From contig NW_008806274.1 in assembly GCF_000400465.1 (NCBI RefSeq), positions 240,244 through 272,243 of the forward strand: a stretch of DNA of 32,000 bases, in the 5' to 3' direction. The stretch comes from Wallemia ichthyophaga EXF-994 (lineage: Eukaryota; Fungi; Basidiomycota). Below are positions 1 to 13,151 of this stretch, one piece after another. The notes under the pieces were generated by a model, which saw only the letters and a program-made list of their open reading frames with translations, searched no databases and was not told the origin of the DNA. The position numbers and the translations under genes are program-made. Numbering within the stretch: position 1 is the stretch's first letter; each line of letters starts with the position of its first letter.

Positions 1-57
1 TATCCAATACCAACCTAACAATACCAACAAGCATAAAGCTTTCTTCAATCCTTGCAG

Positions 58-1067
58 AATTGGCTGAAATGGACTCTCTAATAACGTCATCAGACGACGA
101 CAGCGATAGTCATGTTGATCAGCCAATGCCAGTTCCATCGCTACTGAAAATAGGCCATGAGCTATCTGCGGCCTCTATCAAGTTTATAATTCATGATCAG
201 CGACCAGACATACATCTCTATTTGACGCGTCTATCGCGAGAGGAAGTAGCCGAATCGGATTCGAGGATAAAGGGTCAGCTAGAAACTCTAAATCTCTATG
301 GAATTCAGGTGCATTTCGGTATACCAACATACGACCTAAAAGTTTCACAAAAGCAGCCTAGAGTGGCGTTGAAACCAACTACCAATATCAATTTAGACGT
401 ATCGATACTCATAGCATTTACATCAATCACTACTCATATCTACAATCCCGCAGAGGCCTCTCTCAAGCCCAACAATGCCACTGAACACATCAGAGCCATC
501 TCCAATCAGCTATACCAAGAGTCTGGCGTATGTGCATTGTTTGATTTGATTAAGGAGACGTGTGATACTGAAACATTACAATTCTGGACTACACAAGAGA
601 ACAAAGATCGCACATACAGCATACTTGACAAAATCGGAGGAGCTACCGAAAAGCTCAGACTAGAAAGCATCTTTGAAGGAGGCAACGATAGCTTTTGGGA
701 TGGTAGCAGATACTTTAGCAATCAGATGGGCGGACTACCCGTGAAGATTATCAACGACTCTGGTGATGATGTCCCTACAGCCAGCTTTGATGATTTTGTG
801 CTAAGGAGAGCTCACAAGGCGCTCAACTCAGACGGCAACATGGGATCAGCGGGTAAGTTGACACCTCATACACTTCGCACTGTAATAGCAGGATTAGAGA
901 GGGGCTGGACGACACTCACCTCGAATCGGCAATCAATTAAGGCTTTAGTGCAAGGATGGCATACGCATGTCAACAACAACAGCTCACTGGCGACATTCTG
1001 GTTGGTAGAGCCGCGATCGCTCTCGGAGCAACTGCTAGAAAAATCTGATAGAAAATCGAACAAATAG
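58..1067 (+). CDS. Hypothetical protein, probably 5'-partial
   Basis: Open frame of ~335 codons. The ORF-track start at 60 is TTG and the first ATG is at 69. A pyrimidine-rich CAG acceptor ends at 57 with a CTAAC upstream, suggesting an upstream exon outside the window. No recognisable family motif. Confidence 0.55.
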
Positions 1068-1088
1068 ATAGAAACATGCATAGACTCA

Positions 1089-1957
1089 TTAAGCTTTCAC
1101 ACTATTTTCTAATACTTCAACGCGTGCATTCAGTTTGAGATCGTTGAGTGTTTTGAACGAAGATGGATCGATAAGACAAATATACTCCCACTCATCGCTC
1201 CAATCCTCGACCTCAACTTTATTTATAAAGTCGCTAATCTTATCCTTAACGTTCTTGCCTTGTTTCGAGGCACAGGTTATGCGCACCCTCATCTGAGCTC
1301 TGGCGAGTGGGAGAACACCTTTATCCTGTATCTGCTTGATAACTTCACCACTCTGTGACTTTGCGTTTTTGTTGGCATTCACGCTGTAGTGGATATCGTG
1401 CATGGCCTTCTCTACCATTGACACTGTGACTGGTCTGCCGCTCGATGGATCGACACAGCGCTCTGCTACGATTGTTGCGATCTCTCTCCACTTATTGGAC
1501 AAATCATGTCCGCGCTCCTTCTCACCGACTTGCAGCTCGCCTTTCTTGAGAATTTGTTTGATTATTTCATCGTTATCGGATGTACCAAAAGCTTTCTGAA
1601 GCTCGTCGTTATTGCATACTGCACCTTTGGACACGTTCGTGAATACAGAAGATATCTGCACGACATTATCGATATCGCTTTCGCTGTTGTGTTGTGAGAT
1701 TATCAGTGTTTCGTGGGTACACATGTACCCACGAGCCATTTCTCCATTCACCAACTTTGTTCTTGTAGCAAGCTATCTAAAATGCCGTCATTTAGTCTTA
1801 AAGTCAGAAACTGTGTCCAAACTCACTTCAAATCTTTTACCGGCCTTCTTGAGACGCACGATAGAGACATTTGTGAGCTTGACTAGATATGTGTGAGCTG
1901 TAGCTCTATATACGTCACATCCACCTCACTCTGATTCGATGGCTGATTAATGGGCAT
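1089..1957 (-). CDS. SDO1: Ribosome maturation factor SBDS/Sdo1, 3 introns
   Basis: Splicing three short GT-AG introns gives [42 protein letters not shown]..., the classic SBDS N-terminus. It continues into VFTNVSKG...QIIKQILKKGELQVGEKER-like and ARAQMRVRI motifs. Confidence 0.95.
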
Positions 1958-2092
1958 CCGGGATGACGTTCAATTATAAGCTGAGCAAAAACACATATAC
2001 ATTCATCATAGCTTCCATCTATCGTGTAAAAACAAAAAGCGCAATTCATAGGTTAGAGCCAGTGTTTAATTTATTATCGTTGCATGAGGACT

Positions 2093-3721
2093 CTAGAAGT
2101 TTGCAAATTTTCCAGCATCCTTTCTAGCCTTGGTCATAGCGGCAATAATAGCACAACCGACACCAGAACCATCTTCAGCGTGTCTAGAGACAATCTTTTT
2201 ACCATTTTCACCGAGAATGTCGACCAATGCATTGTGCATCTTTTCGGAATAGCCAGGGTACTTTTCGTAGAGAGATCCATCGACGGCGACATCACAACCG
2301 TCTTCTTCTATACCCTTGTGCTGAACAATGGCAGCAATACCACAAGCAGAGAGTCTTGCTGCACGCACACCGATCAACTCAGCCATCTTTTTGAAGAAGT
2401 GACGCTCCTCTTGGGTGGTGTTGAGGTCAAAGAAGTGAACAAACAATCCTGCACTAAGTAATTGCTCGTCAGTTGAATCAGTCTCCATCAATGACAAGAA
2501 GGCTGTTTGGAATACGAATGGCTTCTCAATCTTGTAAGTGTCTTGACCAAGGAAAATGACACCCTCATCGATCATTTCACAGAGAATCAATCTGAATACT
2601 TCACCAAGGTAGAGACCAGCAATCATCTTCTCGTAAGCTTGCTCGTGTGGCTTGTTGGAGGTAAGATCGATAACTTCGTCGTACTTGGTGCGTGGAAGGT
2701 GCTTGTGGTCGAATGAGTCAAAGGCACCGTATTCACAGTTGATAGCCATTCTTTCATCCGCTGGACAACCGTCGATTTTGAGCTTGGTGATATTGTGCAT
2801 CTTGTCCATGTAAGCAGCGTTACAACCAGTACCCAAGATCAAACCAATGCGTGTGTTAGGGTGGGTGTACCTCGATGCAATCATAGTACCGGTAGTGTCG
2901 TTGATAATGGCAGTGACGGTAAGGGGGCACTTGACCTTTTGGAGTGACTGGTTGAAAAGCTCGCTAACATCCTTTCCTTCAACGCCTGGGTTTCCGAAGC
3001 CCTTTGTCCATCTAACGAGAACACCCTGGTCAATACGGTCTTGGAGGGTTGGGTAAGAGAAAGTGAAACCTAAAGCCATGCCCTCTGGAGTGCCATTAGG
3101 GAAGTGGTCATTTAAGAAAGTCATGAGACACTGAGCACAAAAGTCGAACAAAGAAGCACCATCTTCTTGCTTCTGTTCCTCGGTCAAACGGTACTTGGAT
3201 TGAGTAACTTCGAATTTTCCAGCACCCTTCAATTGTACGTGACAAACACGAAGATTTGTGCCACCGAGATCCAAGGCGATAAAGTCACCCTTCTCTTCGC
3301 CAGTTGGATAACCAAACACGTATGTTGGAATCATAGGCACAGTCTGTTCAGGCTCTCCCAAGCCTTTTCTCAGTGTCTTTACAAAGGCGTTTGTGATCAA
3401 GCGAAGACGAGCAGGAGAAATGCTAAGCTGCTCGACCAAGCCTTGGTAGTGGTCTTCTAATTCTGCAGGGATGGCGTGTGGAATGTCGCCAGTTTCATTT
3501 GAGCGGGTGTGTGATGCTGTGGTTGTACCGAGGATCGCAGAAGCAACTTCCTTCCTTGGTACGCTAGTTGAAGAGCGTCTTTGGTTCTGTAGAGGTGTGT
3601 CAGTGGGGCGTGGAAATGACTGGATTGGAGTGTGCAACGATATCGATTTGGATATCGATCGACACAGGTAAAATCACAGTCTATTATTACTCATACTCAC
3701 GTTTTGTGAGCTAACAGACAT
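2093..3721 (-). CDS. HXK: Hexokinase, 1 intron (3620-3700)
   Basis: Motifs ALDLGGTNLRV, LGFTFSYP, WTKGF, INDTTGT, ILGTGCNAAY, INCEYGAFD and DGSGVG. Short exon 1 (MSVSSQN) joins in frame through GTGAGT...CAG. Confidence 0.95.
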
Positions 3722-4482
3722 TCTGCAGTGTTGAAAGTTGTAAACCAAGCGCGGCTTTAAGGGTCATGACGATCAGCAAACTCCGCGGAATCGAGTTTTC
3801 GGTTGTTCAGAAAATGCAGAATATACTTTGAAAATAACAGCGTCTATATCTGCCAATATTTGCTACTCATGTAGGTACAAATTTTCTATTCCAAGGAACA
3901 CACCAATTGGACAGAGTTAGAAGCCTTGAGAGGTCATAGGGAATAAAGAAAATCGCTAGCTTCAAAGGGAGCTCTGTCCGGGAACTTATACATCGATAAA
4001 CGTGTTGGTTAATCTGCAAGACACTCATGTTGACGCCAGGCATTGGCGTATGCTTTTCTAGTTTTTGGAAGCGGCCAAAGCTGAGTTATCACTGCTTGCA
4101 CTGCCTGTGGACGATTTCGCGCTTTATGCGCTCGCATTGGATCGGTCCTGGGCATGTGCCAGCTTAAGGGCATAATTCGCGTTCCTTTGAGCAAAAAAAA
4201 AAAAACAAAAGCAGCCGAAGTCTTACGGCCTTTGAGATGCTCGAAATGATAATGCCATATAAGAATCCCATCACTCCCCAGAAACTCCATCTTTCCACTC
4301 GGTTGAGCTAACCGCAACACAGCTGAACATCTGCGCAGAAAGAGGCTACTTGAAGATTTCAGATGCCATCATATACATCGCTTTACCATATATCCATCCA
4401 CACCAAATATCCTTGTCTGGTTTTACATTTTTGTGATTCTGTGCTGGCGCTACTTCTTGGACAAGTACTAGCATCAGCGGCA

Positions 4483-6108
4483 ATGTCGTCGTGTGAGTTG
4501 GCTTCAGAGTGTTATATATCACTGACACATCTACAGTCCGTTTCCTTCAACTCGTTAAACCGTTCCAGCAGGTGTGCTATCTTGGATGATTGGGGAACAC
4601 GACTCACACAGCTCACAGATTCTCCCTGAAGTTTCTGCCCCAGAGCGCAAAGGTGGGATTGGCGTTACAGCACAGATTCCCCTAACAGTCCTCCCACACA
4701 GTCCCTTTCAACCAGAAAGTAGCCTGGACAGCAGTCACGCTTCTTATTTTCTTGGTTTGCTCACAGGTTCCGCTTTATGGTATCGTGTCCAGTGATAGCT
4801 CTGATCCTTTATATTGGATGAGAGTTATCCTGGCCTCAAATCGTGGTACTCTTATGGAACTCGGTATCTCTCCAATCGTTACCTCTGGAATGATTATGCA
4901 GTTATTGGCAGGCGCTAACTTGATTGATGTTGATTTCTCTCTTAAGGAAGACAGAGCCTTGTTTGGCGCCGCTCAAAAATGTTAGTCTGCTGTCTCCGCC
5001 CGACACGTCGCTTACCAGCCACCAAAAAGTATTCGCGTTGATCATATCTCTCGGTCAAGCAACCGTATACGTCTTGACTGGCTTGTACGGCCAGCCATCT
5101 GACCTCGGTGCCGGTGTCTGCTTGCTTTTGGTCGTACAACTTGTTGCTGCTGCTCTGATTGTCATTCTTCTCGATGAGTTGCTTCAAAAGGGTTACGGTC
5201 TTGGCTCTGGTATTTCTCTCTTTATTGCCACCAACATATGTGAATCTATCGTCTGGAAAGCTTTCTCACCAACGACAATCAACACGGGCCGTGGTCCAGA
5301 GTTTGAGGGTGCTTTGCTTGCTCTCGTCCACCTCCTCTTTACCTGGAATGACAAGACTAGAGCACTCAAAGAAGCCTTCTACAGAGACAGACTTCCAAAT
5401 GTCTCAAACTTGTTGGCTACTCTCGCAATATTTGCTGCCGTCATCTACTTGCAAGGATTCAGAATTGAGATTCCGGTAAAATCCAACAGATTTAGAGGCC
5501 AACGTGGAACATACCCAGTCAAGTTATTCTACACATCTAACATGCCAATCATGTTAGAATCTGCACTTAGCTCAAACGTTTTTATCATTTCTCAAATGCT
5601 CTACAGCAGATTCCCTGATAACCTCCTTGTGAAGCTTATCGGTATTTGGGAACCATTGGAGGAGTCACCACAACTATTCGCTACTTCTGGTATCGCTTAC
5701 TATATGTCACCACCACACACACTGCATGCGGCGTTAGTTGACCCATTCCACACAGCCATTTACGTTGCGTTCATGCTCTCTGTTTGTGCCATCTTCTCCA
5801 AGACATGGATCGAAGTTTCAGGTTCAGGTCCAAGAGAAGTTGCTAAGCAGTTGAAGGACCAACAAATGGTTATGGCTGGTCACAGAGAAGGATCGATGTA
5901 CAAGGAGCTTAAGAGAGTTATTCCAACGGCTGCTGCTTTCGGTGGTGCTACTATCGGTGCTCTTTCCGTCGTTGCCGACTTGATCGGTGCTTTTGGTTCA
6001 GGCACTGGTATTCTTCTCGCCACTACCATCATCTACTCATACTTTGAAATCTCTTCGAGGGAGAATCTTAGTCCGGAGATGGCTTCGATGGGTGATATGA
6101 TTGGGTAA
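4483..6108 (+). CDS. SEC61: Sec61 translocon alpha subunit, 4 introns
   Basis: Spliced product [53 protein letters not shown]...[23 protein letters not shown]...AQKLFALII...[17 protein letters not shown]...GSGTGILLA. Confidence 0.97.
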
Positions 6109-7111
6109 TTGACGTAGGAAAAGTAATTAATCAATTTCATTCTTAATACGTGAAAAAAGGGGATATACAAATAAAGTATTGGCGTATATAGCATACATTT
6201 CTGAATATTTAGCTCACTTAAACGAAAGATTGAATAAAAAGTCATGCTCTCCTTTCCCTTTACTTGTACGTCTTGAGTATCGTGTCTTATCTCTTAGTGT
6301 GCGTCTGAGGCCACTACGTGCTTTATGATGTTTGCTGTGAAATTCCCTTTGGTTCTCATCGAAGTTGATGTTGAGTTAGACAGTGTTGAGGAGCCAGACG
6401 AGATATTTCTGTGGTATTCTCCGTTGGCTTTGTTCGGCTTCTCTATTTGCGAGTGGCGTCGATAGCAGTGCCTGGCAGAGCAAGTACACCACCAATAGCA
6501 GTAGAGGCGAGTCTAAAGCAAGTTCTAGTTGTTGAGCTCGTGAGGTTTAAAAGGCGCTTGCTGGGGAGACTGAAGGTGATTAGGGAATTTGCGCTTAAAT
6601 GCGCTGCCCAGTGAGTTTCTAAAGCTTTTGTAACTCTGGATTTGCTCGGCTTACTCAAGCTGTTCAAGCCGATATTCCGGTGGAGGCGTTTCGCTTCTCT
6701 CGGCAGCTGAATTATTTCCATATCTTTCAAACTCTTTTCCTCTATTATGCCCATTGCATTATTCACAAAGTTTCATTTGCAGACTTGCAGGGCTGTGCAT
6801 ACAGGAGACCAAGAACACCGAGAAGACCAAACAGAGAGTAGAGAATGAGGCTAACATGCTTGAGATATTTTGTTACCGTTGCCAATATACATGGCCATCT
6901 CTTCGGACTTATAACGGTGGCGGATGAGATCGACTAAGTCAAAGCATATAAGCGGGAGATGAATGCAATAAATCTCTACAGAGCCACACTGATAACCCAC
7001 AAACATTTGAAAAAGATATTTAAGATACCGCTACTGAAAATAATATTCTCGCTAACGCTGTCGTGATTCCTCTTCATAACACGGTCATCTCGGACTTTTG
7101 AGTGAGTGGCG

Positions 7112-10100
7112 ATGGAGATATATATTAACCCACTGAACATCGGCTCACTGCAGAATATGCCAGGATCTCTCAATCCGCCAATAAGCTCCGAAGGTCCTTC
7201 TACTTTAGCCCATTCGGTCAACGAAACAAGACAGAAATTTGAAAGCATGCCAATTATAGACTCAGGTATAGCAACTCCCAACGATTCCGATAGATCGAGG
7301 CCAACTTCCACTCCAATCGACAAGGAAGAGCCTTCAGCCTCACTGAGGTCTCCAATCGTCGCTGTACAGCGTGCTGTGTCTGAAAAGTCCAACACCATCT
7401 TTGTCTACGATTCTGCCAAGTTTGACGGCTTCGGTGAGGATCTCAATGACGATCGTGTAAAGTTTATGCAGGATAGACAAGGCTCAGGCGCTGCGATCGC
7501 TGGTTATTCAAGAGCCAGCCAAGTTGGAACCATTTCAGTTCTCATCAACAGCCAATCACTCACCAATTTCATCCCAGCTTTGAAATCTTACTCTGAGAAG
7601 TCAAAATTGGTGTTACAAGTCAACAGTTACGATAGAGACGCTGATCTTAACATAAGAAGCGGTATTTCAACCATTTTGGACGCTGCACACCAACTCGAAA
7701 ACTACACTATCTTGTTATCAGCAAGCGCCGAGGAAGTTGTTCTTAACTCCCAACTCGCTTATGATTTGCCTGGAAACGTCATCCACGCATTTGATGGTAT
7801 TTACGCTGCTAGAGAGAAGTCTAGTCTTCGCAACATCAAGCCGTCCTCAGGAGCTGCTGTCACATTCCACAGCTCAGAACCTGTCACAAAAGCTCTGGTC
7901 GTGCCTGGGTCTGATATCTCTAACGCCTTAATTGCTGGCTTAGACAAGTCGTATGGTTTGTTGGTCATTCACAAACTTCGTCCAACCAACTTGAAGGCTC
8001 TTAGCGAGAGCATTCCAGCCTCGATTGAAAATTTATTGGTCTACAACGATGAAAGGGCACAGGGAGTACTCTTGAATGACGTTGTATCTGCCGTTTTCAC
8101 CGCTCAACGTAAAATCAAGGTTAATGCTTTCAGCGACCCTGCACCATTCACCGCTGCTGTTCCTCAAGATCAATCTAAGTCATGCGTGTTTGTTGAGCAA
8201 CCAAACCAACTTACTGCTGATTTAGTTGGTTGTCTCTTTGCTCAAAACAAGAACCTTTCAACCAAAGTTCAAACTGCATACGATCACTTCATCGGTCAGA
8301 CCGGATTGTCATTGTCTCATTTAAAGATTGGCAAACAAGACTCAGGCGCAGCACTTGCACTTCCTGTCGAATCTTCAGTTGACTTCCTCAGCGTGAATAT
8401 TGCATCTTTGAAGCAAACGAATGTGTTCAAGTATGTGAAGGATGGTGGTATTGTTTTACTCGATGGCCCACTTCAGACACCCGAGGAGGTTCCAGCGAAG
8501 CTTTCATATGCCGACAAGCAGACTGTTATCGAGAAGAGATTGAGATTATGGGTTGTTGACTCTGTTGCAATCTCAGAAGATCACCAATCTGTCGCGCTTC
8601 TCGTTGCCTTCTTGCTCCTCTTCACATCTTCAGTCCCAAGGTTGCCAACAAGCGTCAAGGGCTTGCTCAAAAACTTCCTTCCAGCGTTGCAAAAGATAGA
8701 CACCATTATCACACACACGGAGGAGTCATTGTATGAGTCCGTCGTCGATAAAGCGTCTTGGTTAGCTGTGCAACCCGGCAAGGAGATCAAACCTGACTCG
8801 AGAATAGTTGGTATCAGCTTTAATGGATTATCTCCAGTCGCAGTCGGCACTCAGGACGAGAATCTCAACAGCAAGGTTCATGCAATTAAAGGAAGTTGGG
8901 TAGAGCCAGCATGGCAATTGATGTTCAACGAATCTTTTACAACTGGTGCATCGGAGTACGAAAGACCACTCGCAACTCTCAAACCATCGATCCCAGAGGA
9001 CACACATCTCATCACTGTCCAGGAAAACCGCAGACTCACTCCAGATGACTACGACAGAAATGTTTTCCATATTTCATTCGATACGAACGGAACAGACTTG
9101 AAGTACGAGATTGGTGAGGCTTTGGGTATCTATGGACACAACGATGAGAGTGAAGTGAAGGACTTCTTGCAGTGGTATGGTCTCCCAGCAGATGGAGTGA
9201 TTTCTGTCGAACATGACAATGGCAGAGTAGAGTCTAGGACTGTTTTCCAAGTATTCCAACAAGATGTCGATATCTTTGGTAAGCCACCAAAGTCATTCTT
9301 CGGCGCTCTTGAGGAGTATGCTTCGAGTAGAGAAGAGCAGCGCACATTGCGTTTCATTAGCTCAGCTGAAGGATCATCGACCTTCAAGAAGATGTCTGAA
9401 ATTGACACACTCACATACGCTGATGTGTTGAAGATGTTCCCATCGGCACGCCCACCAGCTTCCGAGTTATTGCACATGATCGGCGAGATCCACCCACGCC
9501 ACTACTCCATAGCCTCCTCGAATGCGGCAGTCGGTAACCAGGTAGATCTGCTAATTGTGACAGTAGAGTGGAAGACACCATCTGGTGAGTGCAATTAGGT
9601 TTTTTTTTGTCGATTAACAAAAGACACAGGCTCACCACGCTACGGTCAATGTACGCGCTATTTGGCTGGTCTCGCAGTCGGTACCAAGGTAGCGGTATCT
9701 ATCAAGCCATCAGTGATGAAGCTGCCAGAGCGCGACGATGCCCCTATCGTTATGGCTGGTCTGGGTACGGGAGCAGCGCCATTCAGGGCGTTCATTCAAC
9801 ACCGCGCATGGCAACGCGAGCAGGGCGTCAACGTAGGACCGCTCTTGTACTACTTCGGTAGCAGATACAGAGCCGCAGAGTACCTGTACGGCGAGGAACT
9901 AGAGGCTTACATGGCCGATGGCGTCATTACACATATGGGATTGGCTTTCTCGCGTGACGGCAAGGGTAAGGTGTACATCCAGCACAAGATGCTCGAAGAT
10001 AAGAAGATGTTGCACAAGATGCTGGCTTCTAAGGAGGAAGGTGGAGACGAGGGTAGCTTCTTCCTCTGTGGTCCTACTTGGCCAGTTCCAGATGTTTATG

Positions 10101-10210
10101 AGGCCCTCTGCGGCAGCTACGTCGAAGCTGCTGGCAAATCACGCAAGGAGGCCGAAGACGCTATCGAGGATATGAAGGAGCATGAGAGATATGTTCTTGA
10201 GGTGTACTAG
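7112..10210 (+). CDS. MET10: Sulfite reductase (NADPH) flavoprotein alpha subunit, 1 intron (~9585-9630)
   Basis: ENRRLTPDDYDRNVFHISFD, YEIGEALGIY, PRHYSIASS and, after the intron, GSPRYGQCTRYL, IVMAGLGTGAAPFRAF, LAFSRD and RYVLEVY* (FNR-type C-terminus). The long N-terminal extension is typical of fungal Met10. Start could be 7112 or 7157. Confidence 0.92.
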
Positions 10211-10755
10211 GAGGATTTACTTTTACTTTTAAGTAGAATGTCAAAATGAATTTTCTTTCTGGGGATTACATCCAGTGTGTGTTTGTTACAAATGTGGAAA
10301 TGGGCTATGTCGGATCAGGAAGCACTGCGAGCGCGTCGGATAGACGTTTGAAAGTGACGACATACAGAATTACAGCGTGACATAATAATATCGTAATATC
10401 CTTAATAACGTAATATCTTAATATCTCCCAGTCTACCCGAGTTCAGCCTCGTGATCTCAAGAACACGAATGTCGTGAAAAAGAAATATCGAGCAATCGGA
10501 AAGGCCCGGGGAGAGTGGCTTAGTGGCTGTGAGAGTGTGTGGAAATATTCTGAGTAGATGCACAGTGTTTTCGCCCTGGTGAGGTACATATCGATGACAT
10601 TGATCGATGGAATTGGAGTGGCTGGGAGTAGGAAATTGTGCAAATACACTGCAATGCATAGATGAAAACAGGGAATGCATTTATGAAAAGTTTTAAAATA
10701 AAGAGACAATTGGATATGCTGGCATAGAGAGAAGATGTCTAGCGTTGAAATTGAC

Positions 10756-11381
10756 TTAACGGCTGTCCAAACGAGCGAATTGAGGGCGTTTTTGGAGAGT
10801 AACGACTGTCTGTGGAGATTTAGAAGAATATAATCGTAACACACACTACTTACACCGCTAGCAACCCATTCATAGAATCTGTGGCCATCCATTTCCAAAG
10901 AAGGAGAATACTCGAGCTTAACGCCAATAACAGCATTACCACCTCTAGTTCTAGCGACAACCTTGAGTTGATCGAGAGCTCTCTCCCTGTACTTCTGTGA
11001 CTGCTTCTGAATGGTCTCTCTCTTAGTTTTAGCGTCGACGTCGTGAGGGATCTGCTTATCCATTTCTTCAACAACCGAAGTGAAAGCAGCGCCTAGAATC
11101 TCTCTAACATGCCAATGAGAGAAAACCTCTTCAATGGTGAGTAAATCAACGTCAGTTGGAGAAGGAGGACCAGAGGAAATGGCAGGAGTTGAAACATCAG
11201 AAACGGACATTGCTAATGAAGGTCTATTTTGCATTGATGGGCGCCTAAAGAGCGCGTTCTCGTGCCATGAAGGCTTTCTCTCCATTCTTGAGCCAGGCGT
11301 TGGAGGGGAAGGGGAAGGGATAGGACTGCCACCTTCAGTTCTATTAGATTGTGATTGCACTCGCTGTAATTTGTCTGTCAT
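10756..11381 (-). CDS. Protein with C-terminal YbjQ/UPF0145-like domain, 1 intron (~10811-10853)
   Basis: The C-terminal region YRERALDQLKVVARTRGGNAVIGVKLEY...EWVASG plus spliced TVVTL matches the UPF0145 pattern R..A...L...A...G.NAVIGV..Y...V.ASGT.V. The N-terminus is Ser/Pro-rich. An upstream in-frame ATG exists at 11453. Confidence 0.65.
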
Positions 11382-11550
11382 GGATGAAAAAAAGGGTGAT
11401 GATCGCAACGGAGTAGGCGATGAATGGATGAAGGTGGCTAAAGGAAATGGCACGTCATTATCGATTGAATGCCCAAAAAAGGAATTTAATCAGATGATTT
11501 GGGTTAAATTAGTTTTTATGTCCCAGTCCAATTGAATAGGAATACTCCTT

Positions 11551-12367
11551 ATGTCTTTGCTATTACTTCATCAGCCCCATCTGTCTATTGATTTATTAGA
11601 ACGTCAGTCTACAAATCTAACAGGGATTTTCTAATAAATTACTAGTAAATATAATTAAGAATATATGGCACGTTGAAAATAAATATTACTCAGCCAATGT
11701 TCAAGCGTCGATTCATTCTACACTTGCGCTGAGTGAAGTTCACTGGGATGATATCGCTGCTGTCGTTATAATATTCGATACGTCATTACCCATTGATGAC
11801 CTCGATGAATCTCTCGAGTGTATAAACAACTACAGCGACTCAATCCAAGTTAAACTAGCTGTAGGCTTTGGCGAGAGTAATGAAAGTAAAAACTCAGTTA
11901 GCAATCAAAGCCTTCTCAGCGATATTGACAGTGATTTGGATTCTCATTTTATCGCTCGTCAAGTTGAATTCATTGATCCAAATTCATCAGATCAAGGTGG
12001 TTTAAGTAGGGTACATGACTCACTCAGTACTGTTATGTGGGATGGCATGCAGATGACTGATAATAGTGGCGAAAATAGTGGCGATACTAGCGTAAAGGAC
12101 ACCTCGAAGAACACCATGAAACCTTCAAAGGTTATAGCTCAAAGTGATAATCCATTCGACGACGACTTTGATGACATTCTCAGTGATCCTTCTGACCCAC
12201 TCAACACTTCCCAAGACGATCTATCACATCTTCTCTCAAAACTAAACACTATATCAGCTAAAGTTCGCTCAATCGACAACATCCACGAGCGTCACAGTCT
12301 AGCAGAATTCTTCGCGGATGACTTAGCTTCGTACCTCAAATCAGACCAAGAAGATGAAATAAATTAA
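11551..12367 (+). CDS. IRC6: Alpha/gamma-adaptin-binding protein p34 (Irc6/AAGAB-like), 1 intron (11603-11645)
   Basis: The frame is open well upstream of the ORF-track start, giving WHVENKYYSANV (the p34 W.I.NKYY.A motif), GLSRVHDSLSTVMWDGM and a C-terminal helical DDLSHLLSKL...ERHSLAE segment. Confidence 0.65.
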
Positions 12368-12388
12368 AATTTTCACTAGCTAAGACTA

Positions 12389-13151
12389 TTACGACATTTG
12401 CACATCTTTATCTAAAACTTGTATTTCGCCTTCACCAGCATTCCCTTCATTCCAGTACGCCTTGACTTGTAATTTGAATGTAGACATCATGATACCGAGG
12501 TGTTTGAGTATCTGAGCCTGTTCTGCGCTGAGGGTTTGTCCCTCTTTGCATATTGTGTGAGGAGAGAGCAGTGTGGGTACACCCTTTAACAATGATGTGC
12601 TCAGACCAAGTTTGCGCAGAGCTGGTTCGAGGGTGTGAGGGAGAGTGTCACCACTTGGTCTGTGAATGACTGGCCCTTCATCCAATTCCACCGTGGATGT
12701 TGCTACATTCCCAGTTCTTGCAAAATCTGGCTTAGAAAAGTCATCAAACCACTCCTTCACCTCCTTCTCATCCCAATTAGTAAAAAACAAACCAGCGCTG
12801 CCAGTCAGTAGCTCTGAAAGCCTGTAAAGTTCTGGTTTGTGAGACGTTTCCGGCGTTGTGCCTAGCGCTAATGCCATGACTTTCAACCTCCCGAAGAATA
12901 ACCTTCCGGTGCCTTTCCAAGCCGCACGAACATCTTTCAAGCCGGAGTTACGCATATCACCAGCCTCAATAATCCAGCAATATTTGTTATCGTCTGCCGC
13001 TTGTCGTATCTGCGCGAGTTGAGTGTGTCAGTACGCCGTACAAGCCCGGGGAAACCACACCAACCAGATCAACCAGAGCCTCCTTGTGCTCTCTAGTCTT
13101 CTTCTCAGTCTCTGTGAGCGAAACGAGTTTATTCCTGCGTGATTTTGGCAT
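12389..13151 (-). CDS. MRT4: Ribosome assembly factor Mrt4, 1 intron
   Basis: Spliced N-terminus MPKSRRNKLVSLTETEKKTREHKEALVDLIRQAADDNKYCWII...MRNSGLKDVR; also RLFFGRLKVMALALG, GLFFTN, DFARTG and LSAEQAQILK. Confidence 0.95.

Noticed and set aside
10443-10755. C-terminal extension of the 336-aa ORF
   Set aside because: This is read-through of an intron and 3' UTR; the spliced model ends at 10756.
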